A stretch of DNA of 53,414 nucleotides, the filler included, from Jimgerdemannia flammicorona (lineage: Eukaryota), in the NCBI GenBank assembly GCA_003990765.1. It is 3 parts of 3 records of this genome, joined end to end, with 100 filler letters (N's around TTAATTAATTAA, not from the genome) between each part and the next. Parts side by side here need not be neighbours in the genome. Positions count along the whole stretch, not along the records: positions 35,679 to 53,414 come from RBNJ01002430.1; 2 more parts are not named here. One strand, 5' to 3'. Made by a program: the position numbers and the translations under genes. This document shows, one piece after another, positions 36,550-49,173 of the stretch. The notes beneath the pieces are model-generated. The model was not told the origin of the DNA. It searched no databases and saw only the letters and a list, made by a program, of their open reading frames with translations. The stretch's first letter is position 1; each line of letters begins with the position of its first letter.

Positions 36550-37618
36550 AAGAATTTTTTAGAGCAGAAAGTTCAGGACCATGGGGGCTTCATCATCATC
36601 ATCATCACTGAAGGAGATGAGATCCACGAATTCGTCATGCAGGTCGCACATCTCGCATACTTCGGGTATGTTGTGTGGGATGACGTCATCGCCGATGACA
36701 TCATCATGTTCGGCAGGGAAATCGGGGACAAGATTTGGAGCTCTCCAATCTATGAGGTTCTCTTCCACAAAATAGGGGACAAATGTGGGGTCTTGGGGGG
36801 ATCTAACTCAGATGCTTGGGCCTTGGAATACTGAGATCAATCCTTGCAGGAATTGGTCTGGGTTGTCCTGAAGGATGGGGTGCCAGAAGTCTTCTACTTC
36901 TTCACTGTTGAGGGTGATGGTGGACTGGGCTTCTATAGCTACCCTGGCTTCTAGTGCATTGATGCGGCGGGATGACAGGTCTCTGAAGTCTGAGACTCTA
37001 ACATACTCCAAGTTGGGGATCGACCATAGTGTATGCCTGAAGATCTGATGGATCTTCTTTGCTGTCCTTGCCTCACATAGGTCTATGGGGGTGGCATCTT
37101 GTAGCTCTTGAGGGCTGGCCTGTGGGAACTCCCAGCAGAGGAGGTTTCCTATTTCATATTCCTGCCACATTTGGAGGCATTTGGTGGCAATGGTGATCCT
37201 TGTTTCCATTTCATGGTGGTAGAGGATAAAGTGATAAGGGTCTGCAGTACTCAGGTTGACACTAGGAGTCCTTCTTGAGCGGGTCCTCATGGCTCTTCTG
37301 ATGTCTTGAAATATCCTTTCCTCGACTGAGATACCTTGATGATTCCTTGACCTTGAGGTTTGGTGGGCAGCAGGCATTTTGTTTGTGGTAAGTCTTTGAG
37401 CTATTTTGGGATTGGGGTTCTTGTTGGCTGCTGCTACTGTGGTTCCTTGATCCTTCTTTTATATTCTTCAGGATGCTTGTGCTGTGGTCACAATGACTCA
37501 CAGTTGGTCATTGTTGCTCATCTCGCATGCCGTATGATCTTCTTATACTCTGATCTGGTGGCTTGTAAAGAAAGGCTGTCTCCTGTGCTGATGTCATCAT
37601 TCCAGGGTCACCATTACA
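36550..37618 (-). mobile_element. Element E4: LTR-like start (TGTAATGG) at the break in the G2 integrase, carrying the ORF3 homologue; interrupted by G3
   Basis: G2 integrase stops at KQAYFVP exactly where TGTAAT begins. TGACATCAG motif, TATAAAAG at 37456-37463, and more CpG than adjacent G2. Confidence 0.6.
36559..37377 (-). pseudogene. Retroelement accessory ORF of unknown function, 272 codons with one in-frame TGA (36808-36810)
   Basis: ORFs 36808-37377 and 36559-36768 share a frame. CAAACAAA-ATG context; basic N-terminus, acidic C-terminus; homologous to G1 2324-3030. Confidence 0.8.
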
Positions 37619-39872
37619 GTGGGTACAAAGTAGGCTTGTTTGCTCAGATAGTCCACAAATACTATAATAGCATCTTATCCTACCTTAGTCTTAGAGAGCT
37701 AGACAATGAAGTCCATAGTAATTTGGTTTCAGTTATGACTAGGAATGGGTGAGGGTTGCAGAAGTTCTATGTGTAGCTTGTTACTACTTTTAAATCTTTG
37801 ATATATCTTATATAAGACCACAAAATCTTTAATATTCTTGATTATCTTTAGCCAGTAGAACTCTCTTGAGAGAATATGTAGGTCTTCTCAAAACCAAAAT
37901 ATCTTGCTGTAGGAGTATTATGGAGTTTCTGCATAATATTGAGCTACAGAGCATTATTGTTAAATATAACTACTCTATTATGATTTCTATAAATAAGTCC
38001 ATTATAGTAATTGAATCTTTTGGACATTTGTCTCATGGATTCTGAGACCTCAGCCTCTGAGTCTTAGTAGAATTGAAGAAAATTCACCAGGAGGCTATTT
38101 TGTTAGTAGCTATTCTTAATTATCTGAGTAAGATCTTCAATTATCTCAACTATGAAGACAAGTTCATCTTCTATATACCTAGAGAAACTATTAGTCATAT
38201 TTGGTTTTGTCTGGGATATTTTGATTTCTATATCAAATTTGATAATGATTTCTATCCAACAGACTTGTCTGTAGATCAGCATAGGCTACATATGTGTGAA
38301 TATACTACAGAGCATAGTAATTAGTATAGACTATAAATGGTTGTCTTAGGAGGAAGTAGTGCTATTTCTGAAGTATAGTGATAATGGCCAGGAGTTCCTA
38401 CTTATGGATAATATACTGAATCTTAGCTGGCTTGAGCTTTTGGGAGAGGTAGGCTACTAGACAGTCTTTTTGACTAAGTACTGCCCCAATGGCAATATTA
38501 GAGGTATCTGTGATCAGAGTGAATAGTCTAGTAGGATTTGGTGCAATTAGTACTAGAGCCTCAGTAAGAAGTCTCTTGAGGTAGTCTATGGCCTGGGTAT
38601 ACTCAGGAGTCTATTTAGTCTTAATGTTTACTTCTTTGTAAGTTAGGCTGATTAGTGAGACTGCAATAGCAGAGTATCTTTGGATAAATCTTTGATAATA
38701 ATCTACAATATCCAGAAAGTACTGAAGTAGCTTGAGGGTAGTAGAGATAGAAATATCCTTGAGGGCTGATACCTTTTGAAGATCTATATTGATATCTTTA
38801 GCAGAGATAATATATTCTAGATACTTAATCTGATCTTAATTAAACTTACACTTACTCATCTTAGTATAGAGCTGGTGTTCTTATAGAAGAATCTGCCTGA
38901 GGTGGGTATAGTATAGTTCTACTGTTTCACTATAGACTAATATATTATTAATATATACAAGAACACAAATGTTGAGCAGTGGTCCAAAGATATCATTCAT
39001 CAGATACTGAAATATTACTGATATATTGATCAAATCAAAAGGCATGACTCAGAACTGATAGTATCCAAACCATATTCAGAAAGCTGTCTTCTTGATGTCC
39101 TTTTCATTAATAAGAATCTGGTGGTAGTCATTTTGTAAGTCCAATAGGGAAAAAGTCTTGGCCTTGAAGATCTAGTGTAATAACTTGTCAATTCAGAACA
39201 AGGTATACTGATTCTTAATAGTGATCTTGTTGAGGGCTCTATAGTTAATGCACATTTACAGAGAGCCATCCTTCTTCTTGACAAACAGAATGGAGGCTCC
39301 AAATAGAGAATAGCTAGGTTCAATATATCCTTAGACTAATAGTTTAGTCAACTCATCCTTAAGAATCTTGAGTTCAGGTTAGGCTAAATAGTAGATACTC
39401 TTATATGGAGATTCAGATCCTGGAATAAGATCAATTCCATATTGGATTTGACACTTGGGTAGAAGTCCTTGGGATTTCTAGAATATATCTTGGAATTCCT
39501 TAAACAGTTCTTGAGCTTCTGGTGAGATTGGACTACTCAGAGCTTTAGTGACTTCTTACATAGTACAAATGAAGTATATATTTTCCTTTTTATAAGAGAG
39601 TCTCTTCATTTAAATAGCAGAGATAATTTTGATTTCTTGGTAGTTAGTATCTTCTTGAGGTAATAGAGTGATCTTTCTGCCTTTATAGATCAGGTTAATC
39701 TTGTTAGTCCTCCAGTTGATGTCTGGGTTGTACTAGGTCAATCAGGCCTTTCCTAAGATAATGTCTTATCTGAGAGATCTATAATGCTGAAGTCCAACTT
39801 CTCTTAGTATTTTCCAATCTTAAGCAATAGATCTTTACAGATTTTGATCAATAGTATAGTCTTATTATTACT
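37619..39872 (-). pseudogene. G2 pol remnant: protease C-half, RT, RNase H, integrase zinc-binding and start of core
   Basis: CINYRALNKITIKNQY, FSLLDL, KKDIKKTAF, VMPF, CVLVYINNILV (YIDD mutated), IKYLEYIIS, LITDTSNIAIGAVL, ELLAIITILQK, KLHNTPTARYFG, TMDFIV. Confidence 0.9.
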
Positions 39873-39886
39873 AAAGGTGATACTTC

Positions 39887-42800
39887 ACCTTTCTTCAGTA
39901 ATATTCAGATTATACAAACTTTAGACAATACTTCAATTGATGTTTTTAATAAAAAGATGATAACAATATAACAAGTAATGAGCAATCTGGGGAGTGTATG
40001 AGGTAGGGCAGACTCAGTACCTTTGACTGGCAGTATGTGAGGAGAGGTCAAGGTGCAGATTTGGGAATGCTAAGTACTACTCTAAGAGACTGGTGGGCTG
40101 GTAGTAGTGGAAGAGGTGGTTCAAGGTAGCAGGGAATGAGACATTTGACCTTTGCTGACAAGGTCAAGATAGGAGCTCAGGCAAAGGGACTAGAGAGATG
40201 GCTAGAGATGGGGAAGGAGAAGGAAGCTGCTAGGGGGAAGAGGGGAGCTCCTCTGAGGGGCCAGAGTAGGGGGGCTGGCAGTATAATAGCTAAAGGAGTA
40301 ACTGCTGATAGGAGTGTGATGGGCAATCTGGAAAAAAATCTAGATGGGACTGCTAATGGTAGACTGAGCCATGGAATGGACATGAGGCCTAGTGACCTTG
40401 CTGATGCTGTAATAGGGCTAGTGGTGGTACTATTACTCAAGAAGTCAAGATCCAAATTTATAGTCATAATGTACTTCCAAGGCCTAGCAGTAATGGCAAA
40501 GATAGTGCTAGGGCTCCTGGCAAAGAAAGTGAAAGGCATGACCTCAGTGAAGCTTCTGAAGAAGCTTGAGTCAATAGAGATAGACTTTGAGGAGGAGGAG
40601 GTATTGTTGGAGATATTGGAGAAAGGGCTGATATTTGGGGGGATGGCAGTTCCAATAGTGAGGTGTATATACTGAGACCCTCAGATAGTGCAACTAGTGG
40701 TAGCTAACTTGTTGACTATCAAGAAGGAGAAGACTAGGCAACTGGTTGTCAATGTAGTCAAGAAGTATAGAGATGTTGTGGATATTAGATTTAGAGTCTG
40801 GGAGGGGATAGAGCTCAAGACTAGAGATGTGGATATCAGAGTGAGGCTGGTAGAGAAGGAGAATACTAGAAAAGGGAGGGATTAGTCAGTAGTACTGAGG
40901 TGGGGACCTGTGGAATACAAGGTATCAAGGGTGGTGGGAATACAGGAGGAGAAGAAGAATTTGCTAGAGGTACTAGAGAATATGGTGGGAACAGTCAAAA
41001 GGAGGTAGAAGGCTTGGGAGAAGTATGAGGCTAGAATAGTGATTGGGGTGGTCAATAGTAAGAAGGTGTAGATGGACCAGGTTCTCTGAGAGAAGGCACA
41101 GAGGAGGTAGATTCAGAAGGAGCTATTGGTGAAGTTAAGAGGGGAGATGGTGGAGGGGTCCACAGTTGAAGATACTGGTTTGCAAGTGAGTGCCTGGACA
41201 GAAGAGGAAGAAGTGACCCTGGAGGTGATCCAGAGAGCAGAAGAAGGATCTGGAGTGAGTGTGGTCATAGAAAATATAGAGATGGTTAAGGGGAGGCACT
41301 CTCAGTATAGAGTACCTAGGGAGGCTACAGGTGAGGAGGAACTGCAGGATGTATTGGAGGAGGATTGAGAAGAGTCAGTAAGGAGAAATACTGAGGGAGG
41401 GCAGGTAGAGGAGGTGAAGGGGGTGGCTGAGAGAGTTAGGGAAGCTGTGAATGAAGAGAAGTGGCTGTAGAAGATACTGAAGAATATGATGGCAGAGAAA
41501 CTGAGGAAGGAGGACTTTCAGGTACTAAGTGAGAGGTACTGGAGTGAAATTCTATAGAGTGAGGAGGTGCTGAGGAAGATCTGTAATTAAATTATAGTAG
41601 TACTACTGGAGGCTGAGGTCTATCAAATGGATGATAACAGAGAGACAGTACTTAGGGCAATTGTAAATAATTGCATAGCTTACATATGGGAACCAAAGAA
41701 GAGACTGGAAAAGTGGTAGGTAGTATGTGAGAAATACCAGTCAGAGATGGAGACTGTGGATGAGGTAGACTATCAGAAGATCTTGATAGCACTGGAGACT
41801 CAGCAGGGGGAGGCAGATGAGATTGAAGTAGAAAGAAACTTGGATCTTACAGGTGATAGGATAAGTATAGAATTATATATAAGATAGACTCTCTCTTTCA
41901 CAAAATATTATTAACTATGAACAGTACAACTAGAATCTTCTCTTTGAATATCAATAGACTGAGGAGTATAACAAGATGATGGAATCTCTTTAGCTGATTG
42001 AAAGAGCTAGATACAGATCTTTTCTTATTATAGAATGTGGGTTATGATGCAGACTTGGACTTACTGGACTAGACAAGGGAATGGGGTGGTATAGCAGTGT
42101 GGTAGGGTCAGATGAATATTCTGGTCAAGAAGAGGGTAGGGAACATTGGAGACATTGAACATTAGGGGAGCTGATTAGTGTGGGAAGTGTAGAGGAGGTC
42201 AGATTAGAGCCCCCTGACTATGAGATCATACTATTATCTAGTAGAAAGGAGGGAGTGAGTGGAGTGGGTGCAGAGTCTGCAAGAGGCTAGTGTTTTAGTG
42301 GATATGGGAATTGACTGTCTGGGGGGTAACTTTAATATGATGTGTAATAGCAGGTTAAACAGAACTAATGAAGGGAGGGATATGGCAGACAGGAGTAAAG
42401 AGATAGAGGACTGGGAGGAGATTGAGAGACTGAGTTCTTTGGTGGATACTAGGTGACTTGGGTGAGCTGATCATAGAGTTTATACTTACTGAATAACAGG
42501 ACTGGGATCCTGAATAGACTGGATATTAATGGCTGAGTACTGGGGTACAGATGTTTGGAGTGAGATTGAGATAGTCTAGTATCCTTGATCTGACCACTGG
42601 GGGGTTGCTGGGTAGAGAGAGGTCCAGGGGTAGTGGAGATGGGTCTGGATATTAGTATCTGAATACTGTATTACTGGAGGATAGTACCTTGTAGAGAGAA
42701 TGAGTGTTTGAGGTTAACACTAAGATAGTTGGCTGGAGGGTACAGGGGTTGGAGATTGGAGATTGGTAGTGGCAGTTGAAATCTGATGTTCAGAAGTATT

Positions 42801-45649
42801 AGAGTGAGATAGAGAGAAGAAGGAGGGTACAGCAGAGGCAGTATATTAGGTGGGCTTCACAGAGACTGGTGAATCTACTAGAGCAGTGGGCTGAATTATT
42901 AGAAAACTGTAGAGTAGAGGACTAGAGGATTCAGAGGATCCAGCAGGAGGTGAAAGAACTAAAGGGGCTGCTGAGACAGGAGGAGATATTATAGGTAAAA
43001 GGACTGGTGACTTAGCTGAGGTGGTAGAGTGTAAAGGAGGGAGAGTGGCCCACTAGATACCTATTAAGACTGTTATAGGCAAGAAGGACAAGACAGTGGT
43101 GGAAAGAGGTACTGGATAAGGTAGGAGAGATGATGACTGAGATACTGGGGATCTTGGGCCTATTGCAATCTCATTGAGAATAGCTATAAATTAAGAAAGA
43201 GGAGGGAGAATATGCCTTAGATATTAAAAGGCAGTTGGAGGATTGATACCTGGCCCTGGCTGTGGGCCTGGGCAAGCTTAGAGGCCTGGTAAGTGAAGAG
43301 GAGATATATTGGATCTTAGTGATGATGAGTATGAGGATGGCCCCTGGCTCTAGGATTTTTGAAAGAAGATGACCAGCATTGAGGTTATGTTAGAGGAGAT
43401 AGTATAGATGTATGACAAGGTCATTAGCTCAGAGTCCTGGATTGGGAGACAGTGCCTGGGACTTATAGCTCTGTTGTATAAGAATAAGGGAAGAAGAAAG
43501 AATTGAAAGAACTAGAGGCTAATTATGCTTCTGAATATGGATTGCAAATTGGTGACAAAGATTTTGGTAGCTAGGCTGCAAGGAGTGGCTCAGCAGATAC
43601 TAAGAGCTAAGCAAAGGGGATTTATTAGTGGTCAGTTGATTTGAGATGAGATGATATAGATCTATGATATTATTGAGAGTACTTACACAGCTAGGGTTGA
43701 TGGCTGACTAGTCTTTCTAGATCAAGAGAAGATATATGCCAGAGTTTGACATATATGGCTGAAGGGAGTGTTGAAGAGAGTGGGGGTTCTACAAGGGTTC
43801 AGAAGATTATTGATTTATCTGCTGGAGGAGAGTTGAGTAGCTATTATAGTAAATGGACATAGGGAAGAGTCCTTCTCTCTGGGTAGAGATATGCTACAAG
43901 AAGATCCACTGTTGCCAATTCTCTATGCCCTCTCACTAGAGTCTTTGCTGGACAAGATTTAGTACAAAGTTGGAAGTTTGAATATTTTAGTAGTAAACTG
44001 GAAGATTGGGGCCTTTACTGATAATATGGTAGTTGGGCTGGGCTCTATGAAGGATATGACAGCACTAAAGAGTGTAGTGGAATGGTATGAGGGGTGTTCA
44101 GATACTAGGCTCAATTGATATAAGTATAAGACTCTGGCTTTAGGTAGAGAAATAGTTGGAGGTGATATAATCAGAATAGTGGTTCTGGCTGGTAAGATGG
44201 TCTACTATTTGGAGATTTATTTTTCAGTATATAGTTTCTTGCTACCTCAGGACTGGTGGGAGCAGTGGCTACTAGCTTGGAGGAATGTCCTCATGAGATA
44301 GAGAGGCCAGTACATCTCTCTGGTAGAGAGAGTAATAGTACTGAATATATACTGGCTACTGAAGCTGTGATATATTAGATATCACTTGGACTTTCTGGTA
44401 TAGGTAGTCAAAAGGTTGTTAAAGATAGCCAGGTTGTAGATTTGGGTAGAGCAGAGAAGCCATATCAGCTGAGAGGTATTGATACTACTGGTAAATAGAG
44501 GTGAGCTTGGCCTGGTGGACTTTACCAAGTATTTGCACTGCTTAAGAGTATAGTTACTGAGGTGAGTGAGTGAATTCAGGGATCAAGAGTGGGTGCCCCT
44601 TATGCAGAGAGTGTGGAAAGCTCAGTATTCTCCCTAGGGCATAACTGGTGACCTGCTCTCTCTGGTAGTTCTCAAAGAGAGTAAGAAGATATACTATCAA
44701 GAATTCTAGTGAGAAGTAGTGGATGACACCTACTGCATTGGTCTCTGATAGAAAGGTGATAAGGGAGAGGAGAAATAGAGACCACAGATGTGGAGATGGG
44801 ACCACCTACTGTTAGGAGGTAAACTGGTGGAGGATTTTTAACTAGAAGATAGCATAAAATATCTATAAGAGCATAGAAGAGATTTGTGGTCAGAAGTATG
44901 GCAGAGGTGGGGATTGGCAAAGAGTGAGACTGGAATAGTATCTGGTCTTAGTACAAGCAAGTGGTAAAGTGGCTCCCCCCTAAGTTCTGGGTGGTATGAT
45001 TGCAGATTTTGAGACATAATATCATACTGAACTACTAGTTAGGATATTTGGTAGAAGGGGGTGCAGTGGAGTGTGAGGAGTGTCTGAATATTGAGCAGAT
45101 GAGAGGTATGGTACAGATCCCTGAGCATTGGCTTGAGGAGTGTAAGGTTCTGAGAGATTACTAGTAAGTCATTAAGGACTAACTAGAGCTGTGATCTTTG
45201 GGAGGAGAGGAGAGGGGGAGGTGGGGTGACCTTCAGCATAGGTTAGTAGGAGGAGTTGGAGATGAGTGGCTGACTTTGGGGTGGGCTCTGGCTATTTGGA
45301 TTAGGCTTGCCAGACATTGGCTCTATATATTTGAGGATGGTCAGTAATTAGCAGTTGGGGTCAGAGTTGCAAAATAGAAGTAGTTATTGCTGGACATCTT
45401 GAATGGGTGATGGCAGGAGTGGAGACCTGGAGGGGATAGCTATAGAAGACTTGTGAAATATATTTCTGAGAAGAGCAGGGAGAGGGTTGAGGTTACTGGG
45501 GGGTTGATGAATCTCAGAAGAGGGAGAGAGAAAAGAATGGTAGGGGGGTCTATATGGGATTGAGTAAAGGGTATATCAGTATCTTTGTATTAATATAACA
45601 TAGATTAAATAATAATTGGTAATAAAAGTAGAAGTCCAAGTGACTATAA
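39887..45649 (+). mobile_element. LINE copy D, full length, with 14-bp target-site duplication AAAGGTGATACTTC (39873-39886 / 45650-45663)
   Basis: Family 5' end, ORF1, APE, RT (LDQEK, FTDN), C-terminal CEEC...HWLEEC, 3' GTGACTATAA. Removing the element plus one TSD restores the G2 protease. Confidence 0.93.
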
Positions 45650-45663
45650 AAAGGTGATACTTC

Positions 45664-45790
45664 TTTTTTCAGTAGCTTGTCTGCTTTGGACTCTAATCCT
45701 CTTAGTAGTCTGATATAGTTTCTAGTAGCTCTACTATCTAGTAGGACATTGATATCCTGTCTGTAAACTTGGTCTGTGAATTTGATGCAA
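45664..45790 (-). pseudogene. G2 aspartic protease N-half
   Basis: QDINVLLDSRATRNYI corresponds to LLDSGAT with G>A changes. Confidence 0.8.
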
Positions 45791-46107
45791 CTGTCTTCCT
45801 TCTTAATAGTATTGAGCTCTTTGTTCTCATTGTCCTAGTTACTATTAGTCTTCTTGAAGTTAGTCTCTTCCTATTCTTTACAAAGAGAGTGGTCTGGTTT
45901 GAGTTCCTCAGTCTGTTGGGCTTGGTGTCTTTCAGAATTGATTTTGAAAACTTTGGAGAGGCATGTATGAGATTTATCAACATATTCCATGCAGTATATT
46001 TAAATAAAATAAGGACATTGTCCATATAGTACATAACTATCTACAATTCTCTTATACCAGTTTTTATTATCTTTCTTTATTATGATAACCTTTTGACTAG
46101 AGAGTTT

Positions 46108-46495
46108 GTTGGTTGATCCAAACTCTTTCTTACTACAGTTTGTCTGAGAGAGCTCAGAGACTTCTTCAATAGTAAGATCTTGATAGATTTCTTCAATAAT
46201 TGTCTGAGCAATTCTTTGACCTACTTTGACTTCAAATGAGATGTCTCTAAAATTTCACAAAATGATATAGATTTTACTGATAAATATTTGGTCAACTACT
46301 CCTCCTCTTAGTCCAATATTGAATTCTTTAGCTAGGCTACTTTACTTAGCTAGGTAGATATATGTTTCTTTGGAGGCTTATATTGTAATTCTAGTATACA
46401 CTGTAGTATTGGTACTTAGTGAAATAGTGAGGTCTTGGTTACTATAGAGGTCATATTCTATATCAGTGGGGTAGTTCTTAGTAGAGATAGTAGCT
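46108..46495 (-). pseudogene. dut: dUTPase domain inside G2, between gag zinc knuckle and protease
   Basis: One frame carries all five trimeric-dUTPase motifs in order: DIEYDLYS (AGYDL), *SSLA (RSxLA), GGVVDQIFISKI (GVIDxDYxGEI), GQRIAQ, CSKKEFGST (RGxxGFGST). Confidence 0.9.
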
Positions 46496-46499
46496 CTGT

Positions 46500-47547
46500 A
46501 CTTTGATGATATTCTCAGGATTCTTCTTTTCTGGGTCTTCTCTAATAATAGTGATGTTCTGATTATTGAGTTCATCTGATCTATTTCTCTTCTCAGAGTA
46601 TCTGAAGGAAATGTATCCTGCCTTCTTACAAATAAAGTACAATTCTTTTTTATAAAGCTACTTCTTTTTATCCTCAGTGAGAGATTTTGGTCCTCTGGAG
46701 TTTTACCAGTTCCTTTGGTTATTTCTTTGATTATTTCTTTGATCATTTCTTTTGATGGAATTTCTCTTATCTTAGTTATCCTTCTTGTATTCTAGATTTT
46801 GTAGAGCCTATATAGCAAGGATTTCATGTGCTCTTCTTTATATCTGGGCAAAGTACTATGAGTAGTAGAGATATTCTTGAGAGAGGCCTTATTCCTTAAT
46901 CTTCTGAGTAAGCCAGTCTAGTAGAGCTGTAAATAGATAATTGACTCTGATACTATTGATGGCCAAATTTTTTTTCTAATAGATAAGTCCTATAGTCTTA
47001 AAGCAGACATCTATTCTAGTGATAAAAGTTTTTAGATTCTCCTTGCTATTCTTGTAGAACTTCATCTGAGCTAGTTTGTTCTAAGTTTCTTATATATAGA
47101 CTATATTTCAGAATTTGGTTAGTAGTAGAGCCTTAAGTCCTGGACCTACTACATAGTTATTTCAATCTAGTCTATTTAGATAGTTACTTATCTATTAACT
47201 TGAAAGCAATCTTTCTAGGTTATTGGGTATTCTTCTAAGATATACCAGAACTTAGCTACTGTTCTAGTAAAGAATATTACTACTATTTCTACTTATACTA
47301 CTGATGTGGCAAACAATTGTTAGAGAGTATTGTCTCAGTTATTGATAAGCATCTCTATAGATACTTAGTTATCATTTCATTGGTTTGCTCAGTACTCTAT
47401 ATCAACTACATTGATGAAGATTTCAATATCACTGTTTTTTCTACTAAAAGTTAGAATTTGCAAGATCTTAGTTGATTTGTTCTGTTCAACTATTTCTACT
47501 AGTGTGGCTAGCTAGGTAGTCAGAGCTGTAATATTGGTATCTACCAT
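46500..47547 (-). pseudogene. G2 gag with degenerate CCHC zinc knuckle
   Basis: ATG at 47547 (MVDTNITAL...). ELYFICKKAGYISFRY at ~46596-46645 corresponds to CxxCxxxGHxxxxC after G>A/C>T changes. Confidence 0.75.
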
Positions 47548-48453
47548 TATGATGACTATTGATAGTAGATCTGTGAGAGTAGATTCTTCTGAAGATTGTT
47601 CTATCTGATGAGATTATAGTATTATATGACTTGGAGTTACTTAGTTCCCAGAGATTAGATCAAAAAGTCCTTTAAGAGTAGATAGATCAAATCTTTGTAT
47701 AGATGACTGGATTAGTTCTGGGGTCTAATTTTCTTAATCTATAGATTCTTGGTAAATTCTTAGGCCTGCTGCTTCTTATTGGCTATTATTAAACTAGTAT
47801 CCTACAGAGTCTTCATCTGACTCCCTTCTCTGATAAGATAGTGTATCCTTATACTGACTAGATTCTTTAAAGAGAATATCCACTTCTGGCTAAGTAGATG
47901 GGTCTACTTCTTGATCAGCAGTAAGATATGAGTGATCTGCCTATTCAGTCTCATATCTTATTATAGCAGAGGCATAGTAAGCAACTAGCTTGTAGTAAAG
48001 GGAGGTCCTGGTAGGAGTATGATAGTATCTGTCAGATGCAATCTACTCAGCAGCTACTTCTCTTACTATAGGGGGTGAGATATAGTCTAGAAATTCCTGG
48101 ATGGCATAACAGTAGATTCTTAAGTCCTAGTGATCTCAAGATAGTTATAGAGAAGTATATAGAATTTATGGTAGTTGACTATATTTCTAAGACCTGAGTA
48201 AAAGTTTCTAAAGGCCTCATATAGATCCTTATATATCTGGTCAATTACTTACTAGTAGGTTTCTGGGTCAGTGGTATCCTGATACCACTTGGTCCTAATG
48301 ACAATAGCTTGTCTGACTCTGATTTGGGAATTTGTTCCTAAAGAATCTACAGTTGGTTCTAGGGGTACTCCTGTCTAAGATTGGTCTTGTTTCAACTTCT
48401 CAGAAGTATATTCTTTATATCTTCTTAGCTTGGTAATTCTACTGCTACTAAGT

Positions 48454-49094
48454 TATAATAACTCTTATTTCTACCCTCTCTTATTCTTTAGATAATTAGG
48501 AAAACAAAGTATTACTTAGAGACTTAGTATATAAGTATACCAAGAAGCCTTCAGTGTAAGGAAGCACTCACTTAAAAGTAGTTATAGTAGTAGTGCCCTT
48601 CAGATAACTATAGTTATAAGAGACTTATTCTTTGCTATATATAGACTGAATTCACCTTGGAATTCAGGTTCAATAAGGAGTTCATTTAAGTCTTTGTAAT
48701 TTATATACCAGTCTCAATTCTGGCAGAAGTTAGCTAGACTTCTGGAGTTTAGTCAGAAATACTAGAGTTACTTAAGTGTCATTACTAAGACTTGGGAGAA
48801 TATATATATGTAAAGAGAGACTTTATTCTTATATCAAGAACTGAACTAAAACTATCTTTATTTTGGATGGAAACTAAGAGATATTTATACAAGTTGGTTT
48901 ACAATTTCTAACTAAGTATAAGTAACTAATTTGATAACTATGGATGAGGTTTGTGATCAGAAATACTTTGTAATCAGAACCTTTATTGTTAAGTAATAAT
49001 CAGTTACTATTGTACTGATTACTATAATGCTGATTGCTGGAGATAAGCTGGATATCATTTATTTACATTATTTACATTATTCATTATATTTATC

Positions 49095-49101
<7 letters not shown>
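48454..49101 (-). repeat. G2 5' LTR (truncated by a poly(A)-tailed insertion)
   Basis: Matches 4822-~5470 and ends abruptly at poly(T) 49102-49172. Confidence 0.85.

Positions 49102-49173
<72 letters not shown>

Larger units (their letters stand above)
37619..49101 (-). mobile_element. Ty3/gypsy element G2 (same family as G1): LTR-UTR-gag-CCHC-dUTPase-PR-RT-RH-IN(N-term), split by LINE D
   Basis: ~47980-49101 matches ~4345-5470 of G1. All pol domains are recognisable in gypsy order despite stops. Confidence 0.9.

Noticed and set aside
36559..37377. env gene
   Set aside because: No signal peptide, transmembrane helix or fusion-protein architecture.
45769..46029. Hydrophobic 86-aa plus-strand ORF as a membrane protein
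   Set aside because: Antisense of the A-rich acidic linker between dUTPase and protease.
46490..46510. Programmed gag/dUTPase frameshift
   Set aside because: The shift falls within the expected dUTPase N-terminal strand (IKVQ...ATI) with residues missing and no clear slippery heptamer; more likely a decay deletion.
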